Source of the DNA: Candidatus Thermofontivivens primus
GTDB lineage: Bacteria > Sysuimicrobiota > Sysuimicrobiia > Sysuimicrobiales > Thermofontiviventaceae
Reading direction: 5' to 3'
Assembly (NCBI GenBank): GCA_031458695.1
Contig: JAVKJW010000008.1
Location: forward strand, 21,100 to 85,099
Length of the DNA stretch: 64,000 nt
Within the stretch, counting starts at the first letter, position 1; the number at the start of each line of letters is the position of its first letter. A program made the translations under genes and the position numbers. The notes beneath the pieces were generated by a model. The model ran no database searches, was not told the DNA's origin, and was given only the letters and a program-made list of their open reading frames with translations. This document shows positions 24,617 to 34,149 of the stretch, piece by piece.

Positions 24617-27600
24617 TTACCTGACTTTCACGAGCTTCACTCGTGTATCGTAGAAGACCGCGCTGCCACCGGTGAGGTCTACGAGGCAGGTATTCTTGAG
24701 ATACGGGTCTATCCGCATGGCGGCGTTTGCATGCACGCCTGTACGCCGCCTAGGATCGCCTTTGATCACCTTTCCGTCCACTACGATGTCTGTGGACCCA
24801 TAAGCCCAGTGCCCATTTCCGAGGGAGAAGGAAATGACTCCAGGTCGCATTCCTTCCACGACTTTCACTTTGCCAACCATTGGGACCTGTTTCCCGTTCC
24901 CCACAGGCCAGACGCCCTCCGGGTTACTCGCAGAGGTGATGCGCACAAGGTCTCCTTCCGAAAGACCCAGCTTCTCTGCGTCCCGTTTGTTCATCACCAC
25001 AAAGTTCTCCGGGTAGATCGAGAGGAGCCAGTAGTCTGCAATGGTCCGGCTTTTGGTGTGGAAGATCTCCCGGTGGGTGATGAGGTTCAGGGTGTATCCT
25101 GCAGCCTCGTCGGGGATCGGCCGGCCGAGGGAATCTGTGATGGGGACGTACGTGGCGATACCCAGGAAGGGTTTCCCAGCCATAGAGTTCTTGGTCTCCG
25201 CAGCTTTTTCAGAGTACAGGTTGATCAGGGTCCCATACTTGTGCCGTACCTTTTCCCCTTCGTAACCTTGCTCGTAGTCTTCAAACCGGCCGCCCCGGTT
25301 GAGGACGTAGATCACCTTGGGCCACCAGCGATCCCCCACGATGCGCCGCCAGCGGTTCGGGTCGAAGACGCTCTTTGGAAGATGGGACCGCGCGCGGAGG
25401 AAGAGATCGACCTCCGCGGCATCGGCGTCTGGAACTTCCTCTCCAGGCGCGTCCCCGGCCGCTACATTGGCTACCATGCGGAGGTAGAGATCTTCCGGGC
25501 GGCGGAAATCCAGCCCGGGTCCGAAGGCATCCTTCCCAAATCCTGGAAGCCCCATCTTCTCTGCAATCCCGAGGATCAGCGCCTCTAGGGAGAGGGGGAT
25601 CTCCTCTCCGAACACCCTCACCGTCCTGGGGATCGGCGCTACAACAGGCGAAAAGATAGGCTGGACCTTCTGGGCTACAGACGGGTGGGACCCCATGAAC
25701 TCCCACCGTTCCAGGTAGGTCAGGTCCGGGAAGATGTAGTCGGCATACATGGACGTCTCGCCCACGGTGATGTCACAAGCCACAACCAGCGGGATCTTTG
25801 CAGGATCCCGGAGGATCTCAATGTTGGTGTGGCCTGCGGGCAGGCTGTAAACCGGGGAACCCATATAGAGGAATAACGCCTTGATGGGGTAAGGATACCC
25901 GTCGCCAGCGGAGGGGATGATCTCCTGATAGATGTCACTGGCGAGAGGATACCAGGGCCGCTTGGCCGGGTATCCGCTGAAGAGCGTGGACTCCTCGTAC
26001 TTGACTTCGTGGCGGATGATACTGATCCCGAAGGGCTTCATCTTCCCCGCCATCGCGCTGAGGTCAAAGGGCTTGGGCGGCCTTCCCCCGACGATGTCGT
26101 AGGTCGTCGCCTTGATCATCCCGCCCTTCCAGTCGAAGTTCCCCACCAGCAGGTTGAGGGACATCCAGGCGAGGACGTTGTAGAAGCCGTTGGTATGCTG
26201 GGAGACACCACGGTGGATGTCAACGGCTGCCTGCTTTCCGTAGCTCGTGAACTCCCATGCCAGCTCCACGATGTCCTGTTCCTTGATCCCGCACAGCTTG
26301 GCCCAGGCCGCCAGCGTGCGGGTCTTGCTGGACTCATACAGGACCTGGAGGCCGCTCTTCACTCGAATCCCGCCGATCACAGTGTCCACGAGGAGATCCC
26401 CTTCCACCGGGGTCTTCTCGTCGTACGGGTCGAAGGCTACAGGCTTGCCATCGCGGAGGACGACGAACTCGTCTTTCTCGGATAACCCAATCTCTTTCGC
26501 CCGCAGGAACCTTCCTGGCCGGCCATCAGGGCCAATCTTGATGAGCCAGGTTGCATTGGTCCAGGTAGGTTCTCCGTCGGCTTTCGCCGCACCCTTATTG
26601 GCGTTCTGGAGGTAGCGGGCGTCGTAGCGCTTGTTCTCAATGATCCAGCGGATCATCCCGAGGGCGAGAGCTGCCTCGGTCCCCGGCTTGATAGGGACCC
26701 ACTTCCAGGCCTTAGCCGCGGTCTTGGAGAGCCTGGGATCTACGACGGCGATCTTGAGGCGCCCATGTACGATGCCGTCGGTGATCTTGCTGGAACGAAG
26801 AGGCGGGCCGTAGTTTCCCTCGAATGGGGATGCACCCACAAAGATGATGAACCGGGCGTTTGCCGTGTCTGCCTGCCAGTAGAACTTCCGCCCTCCCGTC
26901 CACTTCCCCCCAATGTACTGCTCGCTCATGGCTTTGCAGGTGAAGTAGAGGGAGCCCTGGCAGACCGTGGTATGGCCGTGGGCGTTTACCGACCCAAGCG
27001 CGTCTCCGGTGAAGCGCTTGATGAGATCGCCGCGCCCACCCTTCAGGCGACCCCACATGAACACAAACTGGTTGTTCTTCGGCCCGAGGTCGGGGTGGTC
27101 GGGGTCGATAAGGAGGTGGAGGTGCTCCCGGTGCTTGGCCTTGAACTCCGCCACGGTCATCTCTTTCTTCTTGATCTTCTCTACATCAGCGGCCAGAGCA
27201 GCGGCAAGCTTTGGATCCCGCAGGGCCCAGATCTCCTTTAACCCTTGTACGTAGCGGTTCTCCTCTCCTGGGACATCCTTGAACAAGTAGCCACCATTGA
27301 CGATCTCCTCAATCGCTTGTTCGAACGAAATGGTTCGCCACCGGTTGGATCCCCGTGGCCCGGCCCGCTTGAGGACGGCCCGGAGGCGGTAGGGGTCGTA
27401 CAAGGTTTGGATTCCAGCCTGTCCCTTCGGGCAGATCGCCCCATCGATGCGGGCGGTGTCAAAGGGGGAGGCTGTATAGGGGAGATGGGGGGTCATCGTC
27501 CAAGGGCTCTGCGGGTTTCCGTCGATCTTGACGACCACACCCTGGAGGAGCTTCACTTTAATCCCACACCCTGTGTTGCACTGGAGGCAGACAGTGCGCA

Positions 27601-27796
27601 AGATGTTTTCCGGACGAGAGAGCTCATAGAGGGCACTCCCCTCTCCCGCCTCGGCCTGGTGGAGGAGTTCAAACGCCCTGTCGATGCGGCGTAGGAGGAG
27701 GGCTGAACCTCCCAGGAAGGCCGTGGTCTTGAGGAATTCCCGCCGGGTCATGGGGAGGTCCATCTTTGGAGATTCCTTCAATGTGCTCCTTAGCAT
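24617..27796 (-). CDS. Tat-exported DMSO-reductase-family molybdoenzyme, TtrA-like
   Basis: TRREFLK Tat motif; CLQCNTGC...CPKG FS0 site; HTTVCQ putative Mo-ligand Cys; about 1060 aa. Confidence 0.85.
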   Translation of the reverse strand: MLRSTLKESPKMDLPMTRREFLKTTAFLGGSALLLRRIDRAFELLHQAEAGEGSALYELSRPENILRTVCLQCNTGCGIKVKLLQGVVVKIDGNPQSPWTMTPHLPYTASPFDTARIDGAICPKGQAGIQTLYDPYRLRAVLKRAGPRGSNRWRTISFEQAIEEIVNGGYLFKDVPGEENRYVQGLKEIWALRDPKLAAALAADVEKIKKKEMTVAEFKAKHREHLHLLIDPDHPDLGPKNNQFVFMWGRLKGGRGDLIKRFTGDALGSVNAHGHTTVCQGSLYFTCKAMSEQYIGGKWTGGRKFYWQADTANARFIIFVGASPFEGNYGPPLRSSKITDGIVHGRLKIAVVDPRLSKTAAKAWKWVPIKPGTEAALALGMIRWIIENKRYDARYLQNANKGAAKADGEPTWTNATWLIKIGPDGRPGRFLRAKEIGLSEKDEFVVLRDGKPVAFDPYDEKTPVEGDLLVDTVIGGIRVKSGLQVLYESSKTRTLAAWAKLCGIKEQDIVELAWEFTSYGKQAAVDIHRGVSQHTNGFYNVLAWMSLNLLVGNFDWKGGMIKATTYDIVGGRPPKPFDLSAMAGKMKPFGISIIRHEVKYEESTLFSGYPAKRPWYPLASDIYQEIIPSAGDGYPYPIKALFLYMGSPVYSLPAGHTNIEILRDPAKIPLVVACDITVGETSMYADYIFPDLTYLERWEFMGSHPSVAQKVQPIFSPVVAPIPRTVRVFGEEIPLSLEALILGIAEKMGLPGFGKDAFGPGLDFRRPEDLYLRMVANVAAGDAPGEEVPDADAAEVDLFLRARSHLPKSVFDPNRWRRIVGDRWWPKVIYVLNRGGRFEDYEQGYEGEKVRHKYGTLINLYSEKAAETKNSMAGKPFLGIATYVPITDSLGRPIPDEAAGYTLNLITHREIFHTKSRTIADYWLLSIYPENFVVMNKRDAEKLGLSEGDLVRITSASNPEGVWPVGNGKQVPMVGKVKVVEGMRPGVISFSLGNGHWAYGSTDIVVDGKVIKGDPRRRTGVHANAAMRIDPYLKNTCLVDLTGGSAVFYDTRVKLVKVR

Positions 27797-27806
27797 CTTC
27801 CCCCTC

Positions 27807-28703
27807 CTATCCATGGCAGACCTGGCAGTTCTTCTTGACGTCTTCAGCGATGTAGTAAACCCTTGGCCGGGTCCCCAGGTTCGCGTTCACCTGCATATGG
27901 GGATTCCGGCGGAGGAGATCGGCGACGAGGCTCCTCTTGTCGGAGATGTCCCCAAAGTACATGGCCCGGCCAATGCAGGTGGTCACGCAGGCCGGAAGCA
28001 TCCCGACCTCCAGACGTTGCAGGCAGAAGTGGCACTTCCGACCGGCGCCAATGGGGAGTTGCCCCTCCATCCGCGTCCATCGCTGGCCGTACTCCACATG
28101 CGGTCGAGTCTCATATGCCTGGAGCCTCGGCGTTCCCTGAGTCCAGTATTTCCCATCATCGAAGTAGAGCGCTGTGTAAGGACAGGCCTTCGCCGCGGCC
28201 TCGAAGGCCTTGCGGGTGCGGAACTTGGTGTAGTCAACGACCACGATGCCATCTGGCCGTTTAGAGATCGCCCCGGGAGGGGCTGCCTTCATACAGGGTG
28301 GATTGTCGCACTGCTGGCAGTTTGTAGGCATGAATACCCGCCTGACTGCGGGATATTCCCCGACTTCTACCTCTGGAACGGTGCGGTAGGAGACTCCAGG
28401 GGGGAGCCTGTTTTCTGCGATACAGGCCACCACACAGGCGTTGCACCCGATGCACTTGCGAGTGTCAATGACCATCACCCACTGGCGCTGTTCCACAGGC
28501 TTGCGCAACGCCCTCTCCAGGTCCTGCTGCATGCGCAGGACTTCATTGTCGGTAGAGAACCGTTCTTCCGCACTTGCCCGCCGTTCCGTGGTGACCCCCT
28601 TCAGGACAGTTCCCACTTCCGCTGCGACGACCGTGGCCGCAGCAGAGATCACGCCCCTCAGCAACTTGCGTCGCGTCGCCTTCCCTTTGCAAGGTTGGCT
28701 CAT
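27807..28703 (-). CDS. TtrB/PsrB-like Fe-S subunit (three clusters predicted)
   Basis: [30 protein letters not shown]...[16 protein letters not shown]-terminal CQVCH. Confidence 0.88.
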   Translation of the reverse strand: MSQPCKGKATRRKLLRGVISAAATVVAAEVGTVLKGVTTERRASAEERFSTDNEVLRMQQDLERALRKPVEQRQWVMVIDTRKCIGCNACVVACIAENRLPPGVSYRTVPEVEVGEYPAVRRVFMPTNCQQCDNPPCMKAAPPGAISKRPDGIVVVDYTKFRTRKAFEAAAKACPYTALYFDDGKYWTQGTPRLQAYETRPHVEYGQRWTRMEGQLPIGAGRKCHFCLQRLEVGMLPACVTTCIGRAMYFGDISDKRSLVADLLRRNPHMQVNANLGTRPRVYYIAEDVKKNCQVCHG

Positions 28704-28725
28704 AGCCACCTCCTGGACTTGCGGA

Positions 28726-29817
28726 TTACTTCTTCCGCTTCCCTAGGCTGTGGATCCCCTTCGCATACTGCGCAGCCCACTTCACCGTCTTGTCCTGGTG
28801 GCACTGCAAGCATGCGAAGTCCAGGGTCACGTAGTGCTTGGCAAAGGCTCCGTCAGGGGTGAACATCTTCGCCTCAGGGTCGGTCTTAATCAGGAAGAGG
28901 TGGGTCTTTACATCGCCCTTGTATGGACCCAGGCTTACTGCCGATTTCGTGGCCATAGGCATGTGGCAATCCACACACCTGACCCCGACGCGTTGCATTG
29001 TGCTACCAGCGAAGGCGGCCTGAGCAGCAGAATGGCAGGATGCACAGGTGGTGCGGATAGAGAACTCTGCCTTCTTGTGGGGGTCGTGACAGTCCACGCA
29101 CGCAAGCTTGCGATGCGGGCTGGCGAGGTGTTCATTGAACTGCTCGTGGTGCTGGATAAACCCACCTACAGCGGGAATGGTTGTCGCTTTGCCCCGGATA
29201 TGGCAGTTGCCGCAGAACCAAGCGGAGCGATCCGTGGCGATCAGCTTCTTGTCTCCTCCTGCCGCGATATGCGCCTGGCCGGGGCCATGGCAGGATTCGC
29301 ACCCCACGCCAGGGAATACCCATGTGCCTACGATGCCGGGGAGGCCACCCTGGCTTCCCTCAGGCGAATACCCCGTGGTGTGACACCGACCGCAGTCATA
29401 TTTCTTGACCTTCCCGGCCTCGTAATCTGCCCAGGCTCCGGTCATCAGGTTATATTGGTTCTTTCCTGGTTTCCCGGCTGCGGTGGTGATGAAGAACCCT
29501 TTCTTGTCGAGGTAACGTGCCTTCCACTTGTATCCCCCCACGACGTAACTGATGTCGTCCCAGGAGTACCCGGCAGGCAAGGGGAGAGGCATATTCTTCG
29601 CCTGCTCAGCGGGGATCAGGATATAGGGATGACCGGAGACCTTCCAATCGTTGAACTCCCCAGGGTGGCACTTGAAGCACGCTTCCGACCCTGCATACGG
29701 AGATGTTGCTACTTGCCCGGAGGCGGTGCGGAAGGAGAAAACAGAGGGTGCAAACATGACGCTGACCAGGAAGATCAGCACTCCTACGATGAGGAGAATC
29801 CCACGCGCCCTTCTCAT
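28726..29817 (-). CDS. Octaheme c-type cytochrome
   Basis: Eight CxxCH motifs (CFKCH, CGRCH, CESCH, CGNCH, CVDCH, CASCH, CVDCH, CLQCH); N-terminal signal/anchor. Confidence 0.92.
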   Translation of the reverse strand: MRRARGILLIVGVLIFLVSVMFAPSVFSFRTASGQVATSPYAGSEACFKCHPGEFNDWKVSGHPYILIPAEQAKNMPLPLPAGYSWDDISYVVGGYKWKARYLDKKGFFITTAAGKPGKNQYNLMTGAWADYEAGKVKKYDCGRCHTTGYSPEGSQGGLPGIVGTWVFPGVGCESCHGPGQAHIAAGGDKKLIATDRSAWFCGNCHIRGKATTIPAVGGFIQHHEQFNEHLASPHRKLACVDCHDPHKKAEFSIRTTCASCHSAAQAAFAGSTMQRVGVRCVDCHMPMATKSAVSLGPYKGDVKTHLFLIKTDPEAKMFTPDGAFAKHYVTLDFACLQCHQDKTVKWAAQYAKGIHSLGKRKK

Positions 29818-30236
29818 CGAGCTCACCTCACGCGCTGGAGGTTTTTCCTTCAACCCTCGTATCTCCAATTCCACCCCTTCTTAGCTTATCGGTGAACCTG
29901 GAGCATGAGAATCGAACTAGAACTTGATTCTCCATGTGGTGGTCCACAATTTTGCCTCCTACTCAAATCCGATGACCAATGTGGTCTTGATGCATGCGTA
30001 TCGCACAGCGAAGGAAATAGATCTTCGATCTCATCGCGACCACTGGTGGGTAGAAGACAACCTCCCTCGCCGATCGATGAGGAGGATCCCTTGCCACAAT
30101 CTGGCGCGATCTGTTCGCAGATCTCATTCATGATCCTTGTGCTGCTAAGCCGGCCTTGTTTCCTTGCCGAACGAAGGAGCTCTTTGAGGCTGCTAGGACC
30201 GATGGAGGGAGGTCCACGTGATTCCAAGGGGAGCGC

Positions 30237-31424
30237 TCATCCTCGGGAGCGCGGGCTGAACACGATATTCAGTTTCCCGTCCTCCAACCGCGCGTCCCTG
30301 GCATCCAGGCCTGCCAGGGTAAGAGGCAGGAAGATGTTCCGTTTGAATGTTCCCACGCGCACAATGAGCTCGTGTCCTGTCTGAAGGAGTTCGACTTCGC
30401 CCTTCTCCACAAAGGGGAGGGAGAGGGTGAGGATATACCTGTTCCCTTGTTTGGTCACCTTCTGAGGGGTCCCTTTGTAGTATAACCGGGTGGGGTCATC
30501 ATCGCCGAAGAGGTGCTCGGCCACCTGGCGAAGCATCTTCACCCCAACAACCTCGTGGGGGAATAAAGGCACGTGGAGGATGGGAAGGGGGGTGAAGGCC
30601 TCCTCAATCATCTGGGCGTACTTCCTTTGGGTTTCGGACCACTGCCCAAAGAGCCCATCCATAGTTCCCTCTGGGAGTACTTTGTTCACGATAATGGCAT
30701 CCGTACCATATCCGAACAGGTTAAAGTATGTGTAGGCCCTCTGAGATTCCTTAATGACCATCTTCTCTAAATTCAGGACAAGGCGGATAGAGGTCGTGGA
30801 GGTATCCGCCAGAATCTCCTTCATCTCCTCCACAGCGTGCAGGAGGTTTTGGGCAGCGACAAAGACGTCATCTGTCGGCAGGGGAAGGCGAATGAGCGGT
30901 TGTACCACCGGACGCACCACTCGAGTCGCGGCACGTCCAATTGGGAAGAGCTTCTCCAGCCACCACCGTGCCATATCCGGGAAACCGAGGAGTTGTATGG
31001 TTTCTCCCGTAGGGGCGCAGTCGACGACGATGACATCGTAGTTCCCTTCCCGTGCGAGATGGCTCAACTGGAGAAGACTGCTGATTTCCTCCATGCCCGG
31101 GAGGTTGGCCAGCTCTTCGCTCGTGATCTCATCGACGCCCTGCGATGCCAGGAGTGTGGAGAGGTACGCCTTGAGGACGCCCCAGTACTTCTCCAGCTGG
31201 TACAGGGAGTCGACCTCTTGCGCCCACAGGTTCTCGCCCACCTTCACGACCTCGTTGCCAATGGGAGATTCCAGGGAATCACCCAGGCTGTGCGCTGTGT
31301 CGGTGCTCATGACGAGGGTCCGGTAGCCGAGGTCGGCACACCGGATCGCGGTGGCCGCAGCGACGGTGGTCTTCCCTACTCCACCCTTCCCAGTGTAGAG
31401 GATGACGCGCTTGACCATCCCCAT
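30237..31424 (-). CDS. ArsA/Get3-family ATPase with C-terminal HSP20-like domain
   Basis: GKGGVGKTT, STDTAHSL, DCAPTG; beta-rich C-terminus. Confidence 0.9.
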   Translation of the reverse strand: MGMVKRVILYTGKGGVGKTTVAAATAIRCADLGYRTLVMSTDTAHSLGDSLESPIGNEVVKVGENLWAQEVDSLYQLEKYWGVLKAYLSTLLASQGVDEITSEELANLPGMEEISSLLQLSHLAREGNYDVIVVDCAPTGETIQLLGFPDMARWWLEKLFPIGRAATRVVRPVVQPLIRLPLPTDDVFVAAQNLLHAVEEMKEILADTSTTSIRLVLNLEKMVIKESQRAYTYFNLFGYGTDAIIVNKVLPEGTMDGLFGQWSETQRKYAQMIEEAFTPLPILHVPLFPHEVVGVKMLRQVAEHLFGDDDPTRLYYKGTPQKVTKQGNRYILTLSLPFVEKGEVELLQTGHELIVRVGTFKRNIFLPLTLAGLDARDARLEDGKLNIVFSPRSRG

Positions 31425-31439
31425 GCGTGAGGAGGAACC

Positions 31440-31667
31440 TTACTTGACCACGACGCGTTTTGGCCTCTTGGACTCGGGCTTTGGTTGGGTCCGGGCGATG
31501 GCCACGTCGATCATCGCCCGCATTGCCTCGAGGAACTCCCGCAGGGCGTTCGTGAGATGGTGCTGGACCTCCGCGGGAATAGCACCTTCCAGTGCATTCC
31601 AGAACCGTTCCTCCAGTTCTGCCGCGACCCTCATGGGCCGCACTCTCCCGCGCCGGGGTTGCGGCAT
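31440..31667 (-). CDS. Small helical hypothetical protein (75 aa)
   Basis: GGAGGTGAGG RBS; amphipathic pattern; ends KRVVVK; 15 nt from the ATPase gene. Confidence 0.7.
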   Translation of the reverse strand: MPQPRRGRVRPMRVAAELEERFWNALEGAIPAEVQHHLTNALREFLEAMRAMIDVAIARTQPKPESKRPKRVVVK

Positions 31668-31755
31668 CTTCCTCACCTCCATGGCCAATGGCTTGAGGAG
31701 CCGGCCAACTCCATTATAGCAAAGCTTCCCGGCCACGGCCGCTTTTTGGGGGGCG

Positions 31756-33216
31756 TTAGGATCTCGTGTAGAGACGCCGGAGGGCGCATGCTGCAGTGAA
31801 CTCCGCGAGGGCTCCAAACAACCCTTCCGCCTGCGCTTCCTTCTCCTCCGGCGGTAAGGCCAGGTGCGATCTGACCCGTTCATCCATTTCCTGGAGGGCT
31901 TCTCGATCTGCGTACGGGGCGAGGTGCAAGAACAGCTGGTGGTGGGCTTCCCGGCGTTCCATGACCTCAAGGCCATCCAAAATCTGCCTGTGCGGGGTTC
32001 CTTCCCATATGGGGAGGATCATAGCCTCCCGGAGCAGTCGCTCTACAGAATACTCGGCTAACACGCCAGCACCACCATGGACTTCCATCGTCCATTTGGC
32101 TGTCTGGACTGCTACCTCTGCTGTCCAGTATTTCGCCAGGTGTGCGACGAGGCGGAAGAGGTGGTACCGGCCAGAGTATCTTGGGGTCTCCAGCCAAACT
32201 TCGTCGAGGAGCTGCACAGCTTCCCAGGCAAGGGCGAATGCGAGCTGGAGGGTCCTCACACGCTCCTCAAACTGCTGGTGAAGCAGGGGGTGGTCAAGGA
32301 TGCGCTTGCCGAAGGCGACACGTCCTTCCGAGAAGGCAAGTGCTTCCTGGATTGCCCGCTGGGCCAGAGCGACGCTTCCTATACTGTTGGCGACGCGGGA
32401 GATGTTAAGGACCTCCAGAATGAGGTAGATCCCCCATTCGGGTTTGCCAAGGAGATAGGCTACACTGTCGAGAAGCTCTACCTCCCCGGTAGGAACAGAG
32501 CGTGTGCCGATTTTATCCTTCAGGCGGCGGATGAAGTAGTTGAGCCGCCCATCCTCCAGCCTCCTTGGGAGGAGGAAGAGCGCCAGGCCGCGAACTCCGG
32601 GCGGTGCCCCCTCTGGCCTGGCTGCCACCACCGCAACATCCGCTCCCACATTGCTGGCGAAGTACTTCTCTCCCCTCAGGAGCCAGTAGTCTCCCTGGGG
32701 TCGGGCCACTGTCTCCACGCTAGCTCCAAGGTCCGAACCTCCCTTTACCTCTGTCATCCAGGTTGCACCCTGCCAAGCGTTGCCATCCCTGCGGAGCAGA
32801 GGTGGGAGGTACTTTGTCTTCACCGCCTCGCTTCCATACTTCCAAAGGGGGACACCCGTTGAGAGGGTGACGGTATAAGGACAGTAGACCCCTGGGTCAT
32901 AAAAAGAGGTGACGTACCCAAAGAGATAAAAAGGGAGGAGGGTCCTTTCCTCAAAGACCCGCCAGACCGCCCCTGCCTTATAGCCCGTCTGAAGCATCTC
33001 CCAGTACTCTGGAGGGTACTGGATCTCATCCACACGATTGCCAAAACGGTCGAACATTCGGAGCCAAGGAGTACCTAAGCGATCAATAAAAGAGGAAATC
33101 GCTTTCCCCCTCTCCTCCCACCATCGTTCGTACTCTTCCAGTTGGGCGCGGAGGGCAAAGTCTCTGAAGGTTTCCTGGAGGAAGCGCGTGGGTGACCGGA
33201 CAAAATTCCAGCTCAC
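31756..33216 (-). CDS. Acyl-CoA dehydrogenase (AidB-like)
   Basis: WMTEVKGGSD, GEKYFAS, RLKDKIGT, EVHGGAG and PIWEGT motifs. Confidence 0.9.
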   Translation of the reverse strand: MSWNFVRSPTRFLQETFRDFALRAQLEEYERWWEERGKAISSFIDRLGTPWLRMFDRFGNRVDEIQYPPEYWEMLQTGYKAGAVWRVFEERTLLPFYLFGYVTSFYDPGVYCPYTVTLSTGVPLWKYGSEAVKTKYLPPLLRRDGNAWQGATWMTEVKGGSDLGASVETVARPQGDYWLLRGEKYFASNVGADVAVVAARPEGAPPGVRGLALFLLPRRLEDGRLNYFIRRLKDKIGTRSVPTGEVELLDSVAYLLGKPEWGIYLILEVLNISRVANSIGSVALAQRAIQEALAFSEGRVAFGKRILDHPLLHQQFEERVRTLQLAFALAWEAVQLLDEVWLETPRYSGRYHLFRLVAHLAKYWTAEVAVQTAKWTMEVHGGAGVLAEYSVERLLREAMILPIWEGTPHRQILDGLEVMERREAHHQLFLHLAPYADREALQEMDERVRSHLALPPEEKEAQAEGLFGALAEFTAACALRRLYTRS

Positions 33217-33563
33217 GTTGGACCCTCCTGGTTCCGATTCAGTTTCTAAGGGGAAGTATTCTCCTTGTCTTGAGGTGGACCTTTCGGAGGACAGGGATGG
33301 AGCTCCAACGAAATCTTTTGACAGATGGTGTGTGATGCGGGCTGTCTGGCGAATATGCAATTCGTGGCTCGCTCGTTCATGCGCTTGCCTGAGAGAGGAA
33401 TCGGGTACAAGCCCGATAGCGTCCAAGGCTTCCTCTTCGCTAAGATGGAAGTGGCCCTGTGGAGATCTTTGGACAAGATTCCACCGGAAACGCTGAGCTT
33501 TCAGGTGGAGCCGCGGATCACGTCAAAAACCTTCTGTCAAGGGACTGAGAAGGGGGTGGTGGG

Positions 33564-34136
33564 GTGATTGAGATCCGAATCCATGGCCGCGGAGGCCAGG
33601 GAGCGGTGGTCGCTTCGAAAATCCTCGCTGATGCGGCCTTTCGTGAAGGGCACTCCGTCCAGACTTTTCCCCAGTTTGGCGTAGAACGACGCGGTGCGCC
33701 GGTTGCTGCTTTCGTCCGCATTGCCGATCCCGACGAGCCCCTCTGGATTCGCTGCCACGTCACCACACCCCATATCGTTATCGTCCTCGATGCTACCCTG
33801 TTGGAAACTGCCGGGATCCTAGAAGGTTTGCGCGATGGAGGGATCGTCCTGGTGAACTCCCCGCAGCCTCCAGATGCCCTGGCGATCCCATCCAAGTACC
33901 AGGTGGCTACTGTGGATGCTTCGGCGATTGCACTCAAACACAAGCTTGGCACGCGGACCCAACCCATTGTGAACACCGCGATCTTAGGTGCGTTCGTGAA
34001 GGTGACGCGGTTGGTCCGGTTGGAGTCCGTGCTGGAGGCAATCCGCGAAAACGTCCCCGTAGACCCCGAAGGGAACGTCCGTGCTGCGGAGGAGGCATTC
34101 GCAACTGTCCTGTCAAGCGCACGCGCAGCGGCATGA
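33564..34136 (+). CDS. porC: 2-oxoacid:ferredoxin oxidoreductase gamma subunit
   Basis: IRIHGRGGQG, FGVERRGAPV and NTAILGA motifs. Confidence 0.9.
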   Translation: MIEIRIHGRGGQGAVVASKILADAAFREGHSVQTFPQFGVERRGAPVAAFVRIADPDEPLWIRCHVTTPHIVIVLDATLLETAGILEGLRDGGIVLVNSPQPPDALAIPSKYQVATVDASAIALKHKLGTRTQPIVNTAILGAFVKVTRLVRLESVLEAIRENVPVDPEGNVRAAEEAFATVLSSARAAA

Positions 34137-34149
34137 GGAGGGATCTCCC

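Noticed and set aside
24617..27796. Selenocysteine-containing molybdoenzyme
   Set aside because: The ORF is uninterrupted and the putative Mo ligand is Cys
29886..30236. Short ORFs and a LexA-like GAAC...TTC upstream of the cytochrome gene
   Set aside because: The ORFs lack motifs and RBSs; GAACTTGATTC has the wrong spacing and half-site
30237..31424. Arsenite-efflux ArsA
   Set aside because: Single ATPase domain with an HSP20-like tail and no arsRDBC neighbours
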